DNA of 64,000 nt. Origin: a bacterium (GTDB lineage: Bacteria; Patescibacteriota; CPR2; UBA1875; CAIMLA01). Below the pieces are notes generated by a model. The model did not search any database, had not been told where the DNA came from, and saw nothing but the letters and a program-made list of their open reading frames with translations. The DNA lies in contig JBAXUE010000001.1 in NCBI GenBank assembly GCA_037129835.1, positions 174,858 to 238,857 on the forward strand, given 5' to 3'. A program made the position numbers and the translations under genes. Below, one piece after another: positions 1 through 8,716 of this stretch. How positions within the stretch are numbered: the stretch's first letter is position 1; each line of letters opens with the position of its first letter.

Positions 1-1312
1 CGCCCTAACAATAAATGTCACCACCGAGCTAGAAGGGACAGTTCTTTCGAAAATAATAAAACTTGTCGAAGAAGCACAAGGGAGTAAAGCCCCAATCCAA
101 AGGCTTGCAGATATTGTTTCAAGTTATTTTGTTGTTTTTGTAATCGGTATAGCTCTTTTGACTTTCCTTTTTTGGTTAACAATAGGCGGAATGGGTTTTG
201 AATTTGCTTTAATGATGGCCGTATCGGTTCTGGTTATTTCTTGTCCATGTGCTCTTGGGCTTGCCACCCCCGCAGCGATAATGGTTGGAACTGGAATCGG
301 AGCCAAGAACGGGATTCTGATCAAGTCGGGTGAGGCTCTGGAAAAAGCTGAACAATTAAAGGCGGTTGTTTTTGATAAAACAGGAACATTAACAAACGGT
401 AAGCCAGTGGTAACGGACATTTTGCTGATAGACAAAAAGACACCAGAAACAGAACTTATTTCGATAGCAGCTGCTATCGAGAAAATGAGCGAACATCCAT
501 TGGCGGATGCGATCATAGCAAAGGCAATATTAGAAAAAATAGAGTTACCAAGGGCAACTAGTTTTGCATCGGTTCCTGGTTTCGGGGCTTCTGCCTTTAT
601 CGGCAAAGTGCAATATTTTATAGGGAATGAAAAGTATTTTCTAAAAATAACGGGCTCGAAAATTGGCCTTAAAGCTATGGAAAATCTGGAGAAATCTGGC
701 AAGACTGTTGTTATTGTTTTTAAGAAAAGTGCTCCGATTGGTCTTATCGCGGTTGCCGATCAACCGAAGAACAATGCCGCTGAAGCAATCGAAAATATCC
801 AAAATCTCGGAATTGCCACTTATATGGTCACCGGTGATAATCAGCGGACTGCGGATGCGATTGCATCTGTTTTGGGAGTGGAATATGTGATTGCGGGTGT
901 ATTACCAGATGAAAAAGGCGAACACGTTGTTTCAATAAAAAATAATGAGGGCCCCGTTGCATTTGTCGGAGATGGCGTGAATGATTCGATTGCACTCGCT
1001 AGAGCTGATGTCGGGATTGCGATGGGCAGTGGAACTGATGTGGCTATCGAGTCTGGTGACATCGTCCTTGTAAAAAGTAGTGTCACGGACGTTTATAAGG
1101 CAATAAAACTTTCAAGGCTCACAATGTCAAAGATAAGAATCAACCTTTTTTGGGCATTTATCTATAATATTATCGGTATTCCTATAGCTGCTGGTGTTTT
1201 GTATTCGGCGTACGGTATTATTCTGAGACCAGAAATCGCAGGTGCAGCTATGGCACTTTCTAGTGTGAGCGTTATTACAAACTCACTTTTGTTGAGAATT
1301 CGAAAGCTATAA
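1..1312 (+). CDS. copA: Heavy-metal (Cu+) translocating P-type ATPase, 5'-truncated by window edge
   Basis: Reading frame is open from position 2. It contains the P-type ATPase hinge motif [36 protein letters not shown] and C-terminal TM helices. No start codon is present in the window. Confidence 0.85.
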   Translation, partial: ALTINVTTELEGTVLSKIIKLVEEAQGSKAPIQRLADIVSSYFVVFVIGIALLTFLFWLTIGGMGFEFALMMAVSVLVISCPCALGLATPAAIMVGTGIGAKNGILIKSGEALEKAEQLKAVVFDKTGTLTNGKPVVTDILLIDKKTPETELISIAAAIEKMSEHPLADAIIAKAILEKIELPRATSFASVPGFGASAFIGKVQYFIGNEKYFLKITGSKIGLKAMENLEKSGKTVVIVFKKSAPIGLIAVADQPKNNAAEAIENIQNLGIATYMVTGDNQRTADAIASVLGVEYVIAGVLPDEKGEHVVSIKNNEGPVAFVGDGVNDSIALARADVGIAMGSGTDVAIESGDIVLVKSSVTDVYKAIKLSRLTMSKIRINLFWAFIYNIIGIPIAAGVLYSAYGIILRPEIAGAAMALSSVSVITNSLLLRIRKL

Positions 1313-1348
1313 TTTATAAATGTTCCAAAGTTTGTTAGAATGTAGAAT

Positions 1349-2305
1349 GTGAACTATGTAGATTTATTATTTATCATTGTTACCTTGATTTTCGCAATCT
1401 GGGGATATTTTAGAGGTGGGATAAAAGAATTTTATTCATTATTTTCTTTTTTTATTTCTATATATATCGCCCTAGTGTTATATAAAAATTTCTTATCATT
1501 GGTGGGTTGGATCACCTTCATGCCTGAAAGTTATGTCAAAGCTTTAGCTTTCTTTGGTATTTGGTTAATAGTAGAGGTGTTATTCTTTACGGTATTTTAT
1601 TTTGGCGCAGATAAATTGCCTCAGAGCTGGGAAAAATCTCGAACAAACGCAGCATTTGGTATACTTGGAGGAGGTTTAAAGGCACTTCTCATCTTATCAT
1701 TAATTTTTTTGTCACTACTTATGCTCCCTCTACCTAAGTATGTTCAAAAAAGTATTAGCAAATCATATTTTAGTAAGTTTGGTCATGACAACAGCCCTCA
1801 GTTAGTTTCTTTCGTAGACACAAACTTTAGTGGTCTTGGCAGTAATGTGATTAAAGCCGTTGCTGTTAGCCCGGATCAAAAAAAGATAGTCAAGCTTGGT
1901 TTTACGGAAAAAAATCCTATAATAAATATTGCAGAAGAAAAAGTAATGCTAACCAAAATTAATAAGGCTAGAACCGAAATCGGTGTTGATAAATTGGTTT
2001 TGGATGATAAGCTTTCGGAAGTTGCGCTTTCGCATGGGATAGAAATGTTTGCAGGAGGATTTTTATCTCATCTATCAGCAGACGGCAGTAGTCCGTTTGA
2101 TAGGTTGAATAAACAGCAAATAAGTTATTTTTTTGCTGGAGAAAATTTGGCGATTGCACCAGATTTGGATAGTGCCTTTAACGCACTAATGGAATCACCT
2201 GGGCATAAAGCAAACATTCTTTCTGGAGATTATGGCAAGGTGGGAATAGCGGTTTTAGGAGCTGGGAGCAAGGGTAATATATATGTACAAGAATTCACGG
2301 ATTAG
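1349..2305 (+). CDS. CvpA-like multi-TM N-terminus fused to a C-terminal CAP/SCP (YkwD-like) domain
   Basis: Four predicted TM helices, then GENLAIAPDLDSAFNALMESPGHKANILSGDYGKVGIAV, which is typical of the CAP superfamily. Confidence 0.55.
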   Translation: MNYVDLLFIIVTLIFAIWGYFRGGIKEFYSLFSFFISIYIALVLYKNFLSLVGWITFMPESYVKALAFFGIWLIVEVLFFTVFYFGADKLPQSWEKSRTNAAFGILGGGLKALLILSLIFLSLLMLPLPKYVQKSISKSYFSKFGHDNSPQLVSFVDTNFSGLGSNVIKAVAVSPDQKKIVKLGFTEKNPIINIAEEKVMLTKINKARTEIGVDKLVLDDKLSEVALSHGIEMFAGGFLSHLSADGSSPFDRLNKQQISYFFAGENLAIAPDLDSAFNALMESPGHKANILSGDYGKVGIAVLGAGSKGNIYVQEFTD

Positions 2306-2307
2306 TT

Positions 2308-2892
2308 ATGGTTAAGAAGTTGATCATCGCAACACTTGTGGCAATACTCTTTGTAGTATTCCTTCCTTATGGAATCGCACTATACTTGTCGCCGCAAAAT
2401 ACTTTAGCAAAAAGTGATGCCATAGTAGTAGTCTCTGGTGGTGATACCGACGCCAGAATTTCCGAAGGTGTAAGACTCTATGAACAAGGGTGGTCAAAAA
2501 AAATTATTTTTTCTGGGGCTGCTGCAGAAGGAGATGTCTCAAACGCTTTAGCGATGAAGCATATAGCCATAGATAGTGGAATTCCAGAATTGGCGATAAT
2601 GGTTGAGGAAAACTCCAAGACTACTCTAGAAAATGCTCGATTCACTGCCCAGATAATCAAGAAAAATAATTATAAGAGTATTATTCTGGTTACATCGCCA
2701 TACCATCAAAGGCGAGCATATAGTTTATTTAGAACTGAACTAGGTGATAATTTCACTATTATTAATCATTCGGCAAAAGATACAAATTGGAGTAAACGAA
2801 ACTGGTGGGACAATAACGTCGCTCGTTTTTTAACATTTGGTGAAGTTTCAAAGCTTTTTGTAATATTTTTCCAGAGTTTGGGGAGTAACTAA
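2308..2892 (+). CDS. DUF218/YdcF(SanA/ElyC)-family envelope protein
   Basis: N-terminal TM segment, VVVSGGDTDARI...IIFSGAAAEG...LVTSPYHQRRA motif arrangement of the DUF218 family. Confidence 0.6.
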   Translation: MVKKLIIATLVAILFVVFLPYGIALYLSPQNTLAKSDAIVVVSGGDTDARISEGVRLYEQGWSKKIIFSGAAAEGDVSNALAMKHIAIDSGIPELAIMVEENSKTTLENARFTAQIIKKNNYKSIILVTSPYHQRRAYSLFRTELGDNFTIINHSAKDTNWSKRNWWDNNVARFLTFGEVSKLFVIFFQSLGSN

Positions 2893-3737
2893 TGAGAGAA
2901 AATGAGATATACGATAACGAAGGCCGTATTCTAAAAGCTGGTGGAATTATTATTAATAACAATAATGATATTTTGTTATATTTGAACGAAGATAGAGGAT
3001 TTGCATTCCCTAAAGGCCATTTGGAACAAGGTGAGACTTTCGAAGAGTGCGCGCACAGAGAAGTAAAAGAAGAAACAGGCTTAGATGTAGTGATTGTTGA
3101 TTATTTGTCACCAATTATCTATTTGAACCAGCACGATAACAAAGAAGTCTATATTGAGATGTTTCTAATGAAGCCATTGAATTTGGAACTTTCAACAGAG
3201 CTAAACGACGACACCCTACTGTGGGCAGATTATAATACTGCTGTTGTAAATTTGAAGCCCAATAATAAGCACCAGCATAATAGTCTTTCAGACTATTTGG
3301 TTAAAAATAAAGACAGTATATATAGAGAAAAGGTTCTTTCGGCCAACGGAGAAGTAATGAAGGCGGGAGCTTTGATTTATCGAGATTGTGGAAAAGAATT
3401 TTTACTAACCCATAGAATAAAAAGGGCGGATTATAGTTTCCCGAAGGGACATCTAGAAGCTGGTGAGTCATTTGAAGAAGCTGCAAAAAGAGAGATTATC
3501 GAAGAAACAGGCTGTGCCGTTAAAATTATCAAACCACTCGAAGATTTTAACTATGAATATCCCGAGTCTGGTAAAGTTTGTGTCAGGATGTTTTTAGCAG
3601 AGTGCGTGAGTCAAGGGGATAATCACGAATCATTTGAATCCCCGGTGTGGGTAAAGCGGGAAGAAGTAGAATCTACACTTACTTATGAAAATCTTAAAGA
3701 ATATTTTAAAGAGAATACAAAGGATCTTTTTTTATGA
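2892..3737 (+). CDS. Tandem-domain NUDIX hydrolase
   Basis: Two Nudix boxes: GHLEQGETFEECAHREVKEETGL and GHLEAGESFEEAAKREIIEETG. Confidence 0.75.
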   Translation: MRENEIYDNEGRILKAGGIIINNNNDILLYLNEDRGFAFPKGHLEQGETFEECAHREVKEETGLDVVIVDYLSPIIYLNQHDNKEVYIEMFLMKPLNLELSTELNDDTLLWADYNTAVVNLKPNNKHQHNSLSDYLVKNKDSIYREKVLSANGEVMKAGALIYRDCGKEFLLTHRIKRADYSFPKGHLEAGESFEEAAKREIIEETGCAVKIIKPLEDFNYEYPESGKVCVRMFLAECVSQGDNHESFESPVWVKREEVESTLTYENLKEYFKENTKDLFL

Positions 3738-4999
3738 AAATTGCAGTAGCTATGTCGGGTGGGGTCGATTCTTCTGTCGCTGCGGCATTGATGGTCGATA
3801 AATATGGTACACAAAATGTTTTCGGCGTGACTATGAAACTATTTTGTTATGGTGAAAGCGGCGGTAGCGATAAAAGTTGTTGTTCGTTAGACGCGATAGA
3901 CGATGCAGCTATGGTTTGCAAACAGCTTGGGATAAGTCACTATGTTGTAAATCTAGAAAAAGATTTTGAGGCAGAAATAATAGATAATTTTATTTCAGAA
4001 TATAGTCAAGGAAGGACCCCAAATCCCTGTGTGAGATGTAATAGTCTCATTAAATTCAAGCATTTATTACGAAAGGCACAGGAGCTGGGTGCTGATATTC
4101 TAGTTACGGGTCATTATGCTCGGATTCTCCCTTCTTTGTCATCCCTGGTAGTTAACCCAGGGATCTCTAGCGGCCCCTCTGACTTGTCTAGCGAAGCCTT
4201 GGTCATCGACTCTGAGGTGAGCCTCATCGCTCAGACTCGAAGGGCGAAGATGGAAGAAGATCCTCATTTTCGTAAGGATGACAACGTTTTGGGACTTTTC
4301 TGCGGTCTTGATTCCGCCAAGGATCAATCATATTTCCTTTACAATCTTGATCAATATCAGCTGGGCCACATTTGGTTCCCACTAGGGGAGCTCACAAAGC
4401 CGGAAACACGTAAATTGGCTGAGAAATATGCTCTTAAAACGGCTCAAAAGACAGAATCGCAGGACATTTGTTTTGTAACAACTACCACACAGGATTTTTT
4501 ATCCAATAAGATAAAGATAAAAGCGGGAAACATAGTAGATAAAGCCGGGAATGTACTCGGTAAACACGACGGGATACCTTTTTATACCATAGGACAGCGA
4601 AAAGGTCTCGGAGGAGGGTTTACAGAGCCAATGTATGTTACAGGGTTCGACCTTGTAAGAAATGATCTCGTCGTGGGAAGAGAAGAAGAACTATATGATG
4701 ATGAGATGATGGTGAGTGATATACATTGGACTTATGGAGCACCCGATTTACCCACTGAGATGGAAGTAAAGATTCGGTATAATTCTAAAGCGAGTTCCGC
4801 TTCACTAAATACTTCGAGCGAAGTTGAGAAGTCACGGTCTGATAGTTCTCGATCTGGCAACTGCCGGACTTCGAACAATAAAGTATTAATTAGATTCCAA
4901 AAACCTCAAAAGGCCATTACCCCTGGGCAAACTGCTGTTTTTTATATAAAAGAAGAGGTCGTTGGCGGAGGCATTATTGAGTCTACTAGAAAATATTGA
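3734..4999 (+). CDS. mnmA: tRNA-specific 2-thiouridylase MnmA carrying an in-frame ~50-aa insertion
   Basis: N-terminal PP-loop motif MKIAVAMSGGVDSSVAAALM, plus a CxxC motif, GHYAR, DQSYFLY and a C-terminal TPGQTAVFY. The protein is about 60 aa longer than typical MnmA because of two extra segments. Confidence 0.9.
   Translation: MKIAVAMSGGVDSSVAAALMVDKYGTQNVFGVTMKLFCYGESGGSDKSCCSLDAIDDAAMVCKQLGISHYVVNLEKDFEAEIIDNFISEYSQGRTPNPCVRCNSLIKFKHLLRKAQELGADILVTGHYARILPSLSSLVVNPGISSGPSDLSSEALVIDSEVSLIAQTRRAKMEEDPHFRKDDNVLGLFCGLDSAKDQSYFLYNLDQYQLGHIWFPLGELTKPETRKLAEKYALKTAQKTESQDICFVTTTTQDFLSNKIKIKAGNIVDKAGNVLGKHDGIPFYTIGQRKGLGGGFTEPMYVTGFDLVRNDLVVGREEELYDDEMMVSDIHWTYGAPDLPTEMEVKIRYNSKASSASLNTSSEVEKSRSDSSRSGNCRTSNNKVLIRFQKPQKAITPGQTAVFYIKEEVVGGGIIESTRKY
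4134..4285 (+). mobile_element. About 150-bp palindromic insertion element with 9-bp terminal inverted repeats (TTGTCATCC ... GGATGACAA), inserted in-frame in mnmA
   Basis: Terminal inverted repeats at 4135-4144 and 4277-4285. Inner hairpin ATCCCTGG-N7-CCCAGGGAT at 4141-4164, plus a second imperfect hairpin TCGACTCTGAG-N13-CTCAGACTCGA. It encodes LSSLVVNPGISSGPS...EEDPHFRKDDN, which is absent from MnmA homologues at the GHYAR/LDSxKDQSYFLY junction. A second copy lies at 16242-16318. Confidence 0.6.
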
Positions 5000-5035
5000 C
5001 TGTAATGATATAATAAAAGCACAGAAATGCAGTCT

Positions 5036-5066
5036 ATCAGGTTCTCTTACAGAGAGCCTGTTTTGA
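5036..5066 (+). terminator. Hairpin CAGGTTCTCT-tac-AGAGAGCCTG followed by TTTTG; putative mnmA terminator
   Basis: Inverted repeat with a T-run, 37 nt after the mnmA stop. Confidence 0.45.
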
Positions 5067-5108
5067 TAGATACGGTTCGTACCATTTATTCAGTAGGAGG
5101 TGAGTACA

Positions 5109-5372
5109 GTGAAGACTGTCCGCGAAAGAGCGCTTCCAGAAGAAGTGGTGGTAGAGGCTCTTAGTCTTACTACCGCTGAGTCAGCGAAGGTAAGTACGCT
5201 AGTGCGCTGGTTGCAGTGCAACAAAAAATGGCGTCGTGACCGAGACAACAAATTTTCTGAGAAGCAACTAGGGGACGCTCTACGTGCTACCGAAACGGAC
5301 TTTCCTGATTATGAGCGCCGAATGGTACTTATGAACAAGCTGCTGGTACTAGATCAGGAGCGAGGGGGATGA
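5109..5372 (+). CDS. Hypothetical protein in a GC-rich island (GTG start after AGGAGGTGAG)
   Basis: ORF of about 88 aa. RBS AGGAGG at 5094-5099. GC content is clearly above the flanks. No recognisable motif. Confidence 0.4.
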   Translation: MKTVRERALPEEVVVEALSLTTAESAKVSTLVRWLQCNKKWRRDRDNKFSEKQLGDALRATETDFPDYERRMVLMNKLLVLDQERGG

Positions 5373-5392
5373 TCTTCTTGTACGAAAAACTG

Positions 5393-5456
5393 AATCGGCG
5401 GACAAAAGTAGCCGCCTGAGGGTCGCAGTGCGCAAGTGCTAGCGACCCTCGTCCTT
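5393..5456 (+). terminator. Two consecutive GC hairpins (GGCGG-N9-CCGCC, then GAGGGTCGC-N15-GCGACCCTC) followed by TTTTATT
   Basis: Inverted repeats are directly visible, with a T-run after the second hairpin. Confidence 0.5.
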
Positions 5457-5457
5457 T

Positions 5458-5486
5458 TATTGACGAAACATACATTTGGGTATAAA
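5458..5486 (+). promoter_or_regulatory. Sigma70-like promoter TTGACG-17-TAAAAT upstream of the 5547 ORF
   Basis: The -35 and -10 hexamers are separated by 17 nt. They are followed by a GGAGG RBS before the ATG at 5547. Confidence 0.4.
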
Positions 5487-5546
5487 ATACATCACCGTAG
5501 TCGGAGGGCAGAAAGCTGCCAGCCATTATCTATCTGGAGGTATGAT

Positions 5547-5972
5547 ATGGGGATGTCACTGCGCGACAAAGTTCTAGACAGAGTACAGTCGGCCGTCTCG
5601 GCAAGATCGCCAGTAATCATTGCTTACGATTTTGTCAGCGCCTACGAAATCGCTATTGATAGTGGCGACAATGAAGGCGATGACCTTGCCTGTGCTGTCG
5701 GTACTGCTCTTGAGGAGTATTTACTAGAGAACAGTCCAGACTTCGCGGCGAATATCGCTGTGAGGGCGTACATCTCTGCAATCGACATCGGTGGGGATAC
5801 CGGAACAGAGATTTGCAATCAGCTCAGAGTCATCTATACACGCGCGTGTGAAAAGTCAGGGGAGTTTCTTGCTTCTCTGCATTACCACCAGAACGGAATC
5901 GGTGCTGACCTGGCATACTTGGGTCGGAATGGCTGTACGGTTCGACCAAAATTCGGTTTTGGCCGTTCCTAG
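5547..5972 (+). CDS. Hypothetical protein (about 141 aa) in the GC-rich island
   Basis: ATG preceded by CTGGAGGT. The listed ORF start at 5436 lacks an RBS. Acidic and Ala-rich. No recognisable domain. Confidence 0.45.
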   Translation: MGMSLRDKVLDRVQSAVSARSPVIIAYDFVSAYEIAIDSGDNEGDDLACAVGTALEEYLLENSPDFAANIAVRAYISAIDIGGDTGTEICNQLRVIYTRACEKSGEFLASLHYHQNGIGADLAYLGRNGCTVRPKFGFGRS

Positions 5973-6052
5973 CTCGACTACGGTAGGTGCCCCTTTTGGG
6001 GGCGCCTACCAAGAGCATTGAGAATAAGCTATATTTAAGATAATATATTGAT

Positions 6053-7948
6053 ATGAGAATAAACGAAGTAAGAGATAAATATATAAAGTTCTATATAGAT
6101 AGAGGACACACCGAGATTGAGTCTTCTTCTTTAATTCCCCAAAATGACCCTACGACACTGTTTACTGGTTCGGGCATGCAACAGCTTATGCCATTTTTGC
6201 TCGGGACATCACATCCTAAGGGGAATATGTTAGTCGATTCGCAAAAATGTTTTAGAGCTGACGATATCGATGAAATTGGGGACAATAGGCACACTACTTG
6301 CTTTGAAATGCTCGGAAATTGGTCACTTGGTGAATATTTTAAACAAGAGCAATTATCTTGGTTTTTTGAATTTATTACAAAAGAGCTTTTGCTCGACCCA
6401 AATCGTTTATATGTCTCTGTCTTTATCGGTGATAAAGCTAACAATATACCCAAAGATAATGAATCCGTCGACATTTGGCAGAAACTTTTTCAAGAAAAGG
6501 GGATCGAGGCAAAGGCAGTAGAGATTGGTTCTGAAGAAAACGGTTATTCTGTCGGCATGCAAGGCGGTCGAATTTTTTATTATGATTCAAAGAAAAATTG
6601 GTGGAGCCGTGCTGGAATCCCTTCCGAAATGCCTTCTGGTGAGCCAGGCGGTCCTGACAGCGAAATGTTCTATGAATTTACTGAGATTGAGCACGACAAA
6701 TCTTATGGGGAACATTGTCATCCAAATTGTGATTGTGGAAGGTTTATGGAGATAGGGAACTCGGTTTTCATGCAATATATTAAAAATACCGATGCAACTT
6801 TTGCACTTCTGCCAAAACAAAATGTGGATTTTGGCGGTGGTTTAGAGAGGCTTACAGCAGTCACCGAGGGACATTCAGATATATTTAAAACTGATATTTA
6901 TCAGAATATTATGGACAAGATTGCCGAAATAACAGGGAAAAAATACGCAGATGCAGATTTTGATACGATAAAGTCATTCCGTATCCTAGCAGATCATATC
7001 AAGGGAGCGACATTTATCATTGCAGATGGAATAAAGCCGTCAAATCTGGGGCAAGGATACGTAGTCCGTAGATTAGTAAGAAGAGCTATCCGGTACGCGC
7101 AGCTCGCTGATATTTTTGAGCAAAATATGTGTTCAGAAATCGCAAAAACGGTAATCGCAGATTATAAAGAGAATTATCCAGAGTTGGCAAAAGCCGAGAA
7201 TACAATCATTTCTGAGCTCAATATCGAGGAAAATAAATTTTTGAAGACTCTAGAGAGCGGACTTAAGGAGTTCGAGAGATTAACTAGAAGCAGGGACAGG
7301 CTTTCTGGCAAAGAAATATTTGAACTATTTGCTTCCCATGGCTTCCCTTTTGAGCTTACTAGGGAATTGGCCGATGAAAAAGGGATAACACTAGACGAGG
7401 TAGGCTATAAAATCGAGTTTGAGAAACATCAAGAGGTTTCCCGTGCAGGTATCCACGAAAAGAAATTTGCCAGTGGACTAGAGAACAAGGAAGACCCGAA
7501 AATTATTCAATATCATACCGCCGCACATCTGATGCTAGCGGCTCTAAAAAAAGTATTAGGCGAAGGTGTTCATCAGAAAGGTTCTAATATCACCGCTGAA
7601 CGTATCCGTTTTGATTTTTCCCACCCTGAAAAGATGACAGATGTAGATAAGAAGGCAGTTGAGGACTGGGTAAACGATAAGATATCTCAAAATCTTGAAG
7701 TATTTATGACTGAAACTAATCCAAAGACTGCTAAAGAAAAGGGCGCAGAAGGAGAATTTTCTGATAAATATGGCGATAAAGTTACTGTATATAGCATTGG
7801 AGGAGATATCGATAGTGCTGAAGCAGTTTCAAAAGAGATATGTACTGGACCTCATGTGAAGAATACTTCAGAGATTGGCCGCTTTAGAATAAAAAAAGAA
7901 GAGTCTTCTAGTTCTGGCGTACGGAGAATTAAAGCGATTTTAGAATAA
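6053..7948 (+). CDS. alaS: Alanyl-tRNA synthetase, short form lacking the C-Ala domain
   Basis: Class II core LIPQNDPTTLFTGSGMQQ. Editing-domain motifs HTAAHLMLAAL and CTGPHV. The protein ends at 631 aa, right after the editing domain. Confidence 0.9.
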   Translation: MRINEVRDKYIKFYIDRGHTEIESSSLIPQNDPTTLFTGSGMQQLMPFLLGTSHPKGNMLVDSQKCFRADDIDEIGDNRHTTCFEMLGNWSLGEYFKQEQLSWFFEFITKELLLDPNRLYVSVFIGDKANNIPKDNESVDIWQKLFQEKGIEAKAVEIGSEENGYSVGMQGGRIFYYDSKKNWWSRAGIPSEMPSGEPGGPDSEMFYEFTEIEHDKSYGEHCHPNCDCGRFMEIGNSVFMQYIKNTDATFALLPKQNVDFGGGLERLTAVTEGHSDIFKTDIYQNIMDKIAEITGKKYADADFDTIKSFRILADHIKGATFIIADGIKPSNLGQGYVVRRLVRRAIRYAQLADIFEQNMCSEIAKTVIADYKENYPELAKAENTIISELNIEENKFLKTLESGLKEFERLTRSRDRLSGKEIFELFASHGFPFELTRELADEKGITLDEVGYKIEFEKHQEVSRAGIHEKKFASGLENKEDPKIIQYHTAAHLMLAALKKVLGEGVHQKGSNITAERIRFDFSHPEKMTDVDKKAVEDWVNDKISQNLEVFMTETNPKTAKEKGAEGEFSDKYGDKVTVYSIGGDIDSAEAVSKEICTGPHVKNTSEIGRFRIKKEESSSSGVRRIKAILE

Positions 7949-7954
7949 ATGTAA

Positions 7955-7980
7955 GAGGCCGCCCGATGGGCGGCCTTCTC
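7955..7980. terminator. GC hairpin GGCCGCCC-gat-GGGCGGCC between convergent genes
   Basis: Perfect 8-bp GC stem between the alaS stop and the stop of the minus-strand gene. Confidence 0.45.
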
Positions 7981-7987
7981 ACTCGTA

Positions 7988-8533
7988 CTAGTGATGGAAA
8001 ACAGGTTGTAGGGCTTTTGCCTTCTCACGTTTCTTTGGTGGTTCACCTAGCCTTCGAACGTAGCCGATAAGTAAGACGACGTACGTAAAGCCGACATTAC
8101 TCATTGCTAGGTATATCCAGTAGGCTTGGTTGCTGACGCCACTTGGTCTTAGGCCTAGAGATAGCACGGTGGCGAAGATTGGAATCGCGACTAAGGTCGC
8201 AAGAGCTCCCATCTTGTCAGACTGTGTTTCTCTGATAGTTCCTGTCGCTTCGCATTTGACTACGTCTAGTCGGCTGAGAACCAGGAGGACTACCGCAAGC
8301 GTAAGGAAAGGCCATAGTGCTCCTAGTCGGATAAGGACGCTGAAGGCTATACTACAAACCAAGAAGTAGAAACCGCCGAAGGCGATCATCCTTTTGAACG
8401 CTGGCGTGTAATCTTCGTCATCTTCGTTTAGAAACGTTGCAGCCAAAAGCTTACAAAAGTGCAGTATAGCTACATCGATATGAGTGAGTAGAGTCCCATC
8501 TTGTTGAAGAATGGGATCAAATTGACGGTACAT
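7988..8533 (-). CDS. Hypothetical integral membrane protein
   Basis: Several hydrophobic helices. Convergent with alaS. Slightly GC-richer than the flanks. Confidence 0.45.
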   Translation of the reverse strand: MYRQFDPILQQDGTLLTHIDVAILHFCKLLAATFLNEDDEDYTPAFKRMIAFGGFYFLVCSIAFSVLIRLGALWPFLTLAVVLLVLSRLDVVKCEATGTIRETQSDKMGALATLVAIPIFATVLSLGLRPSGVSNQAYWIYLAMSNVGFTYVVLLIGYVRRLGEPPKKREKAKALQPVFHH

Positions 8534-8716
8534 CGGATCCCTCCCTAGTCGTTTTGTCGTCCGAGGCGCTTATTTTACTCGCTTTTGGCTACACTTTCAA
8601 GGCATTTTGTTTGCATGAAATATGTAGAAATATAGAGTCTTTAGAAATACTTATAGATTGTTTGAATATCTTTAATCATTGCGATACAATAAATAAGTAA
8701 GAATTGAATTAAATAA

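Noticed and set aside
124-702. Minus-strand 192-aa ORF antisense to copA, and similar antisense ORFs (841..1086, 9298..9858, 10903..11379, 42230..42649, 45816..46097, 60422..60757)
   Set aside because: All lie wholly within well-supported sense genes and have low-complexity Ser/Thr/Ala compositions typical of shadow ORFs.
5436-5546. Upstream start (5436) for the second island ORF
   Set aside because: This stretch overlaps the terminator hairpins and promoter. The ATG at 5547 has a GGAGG RBS.
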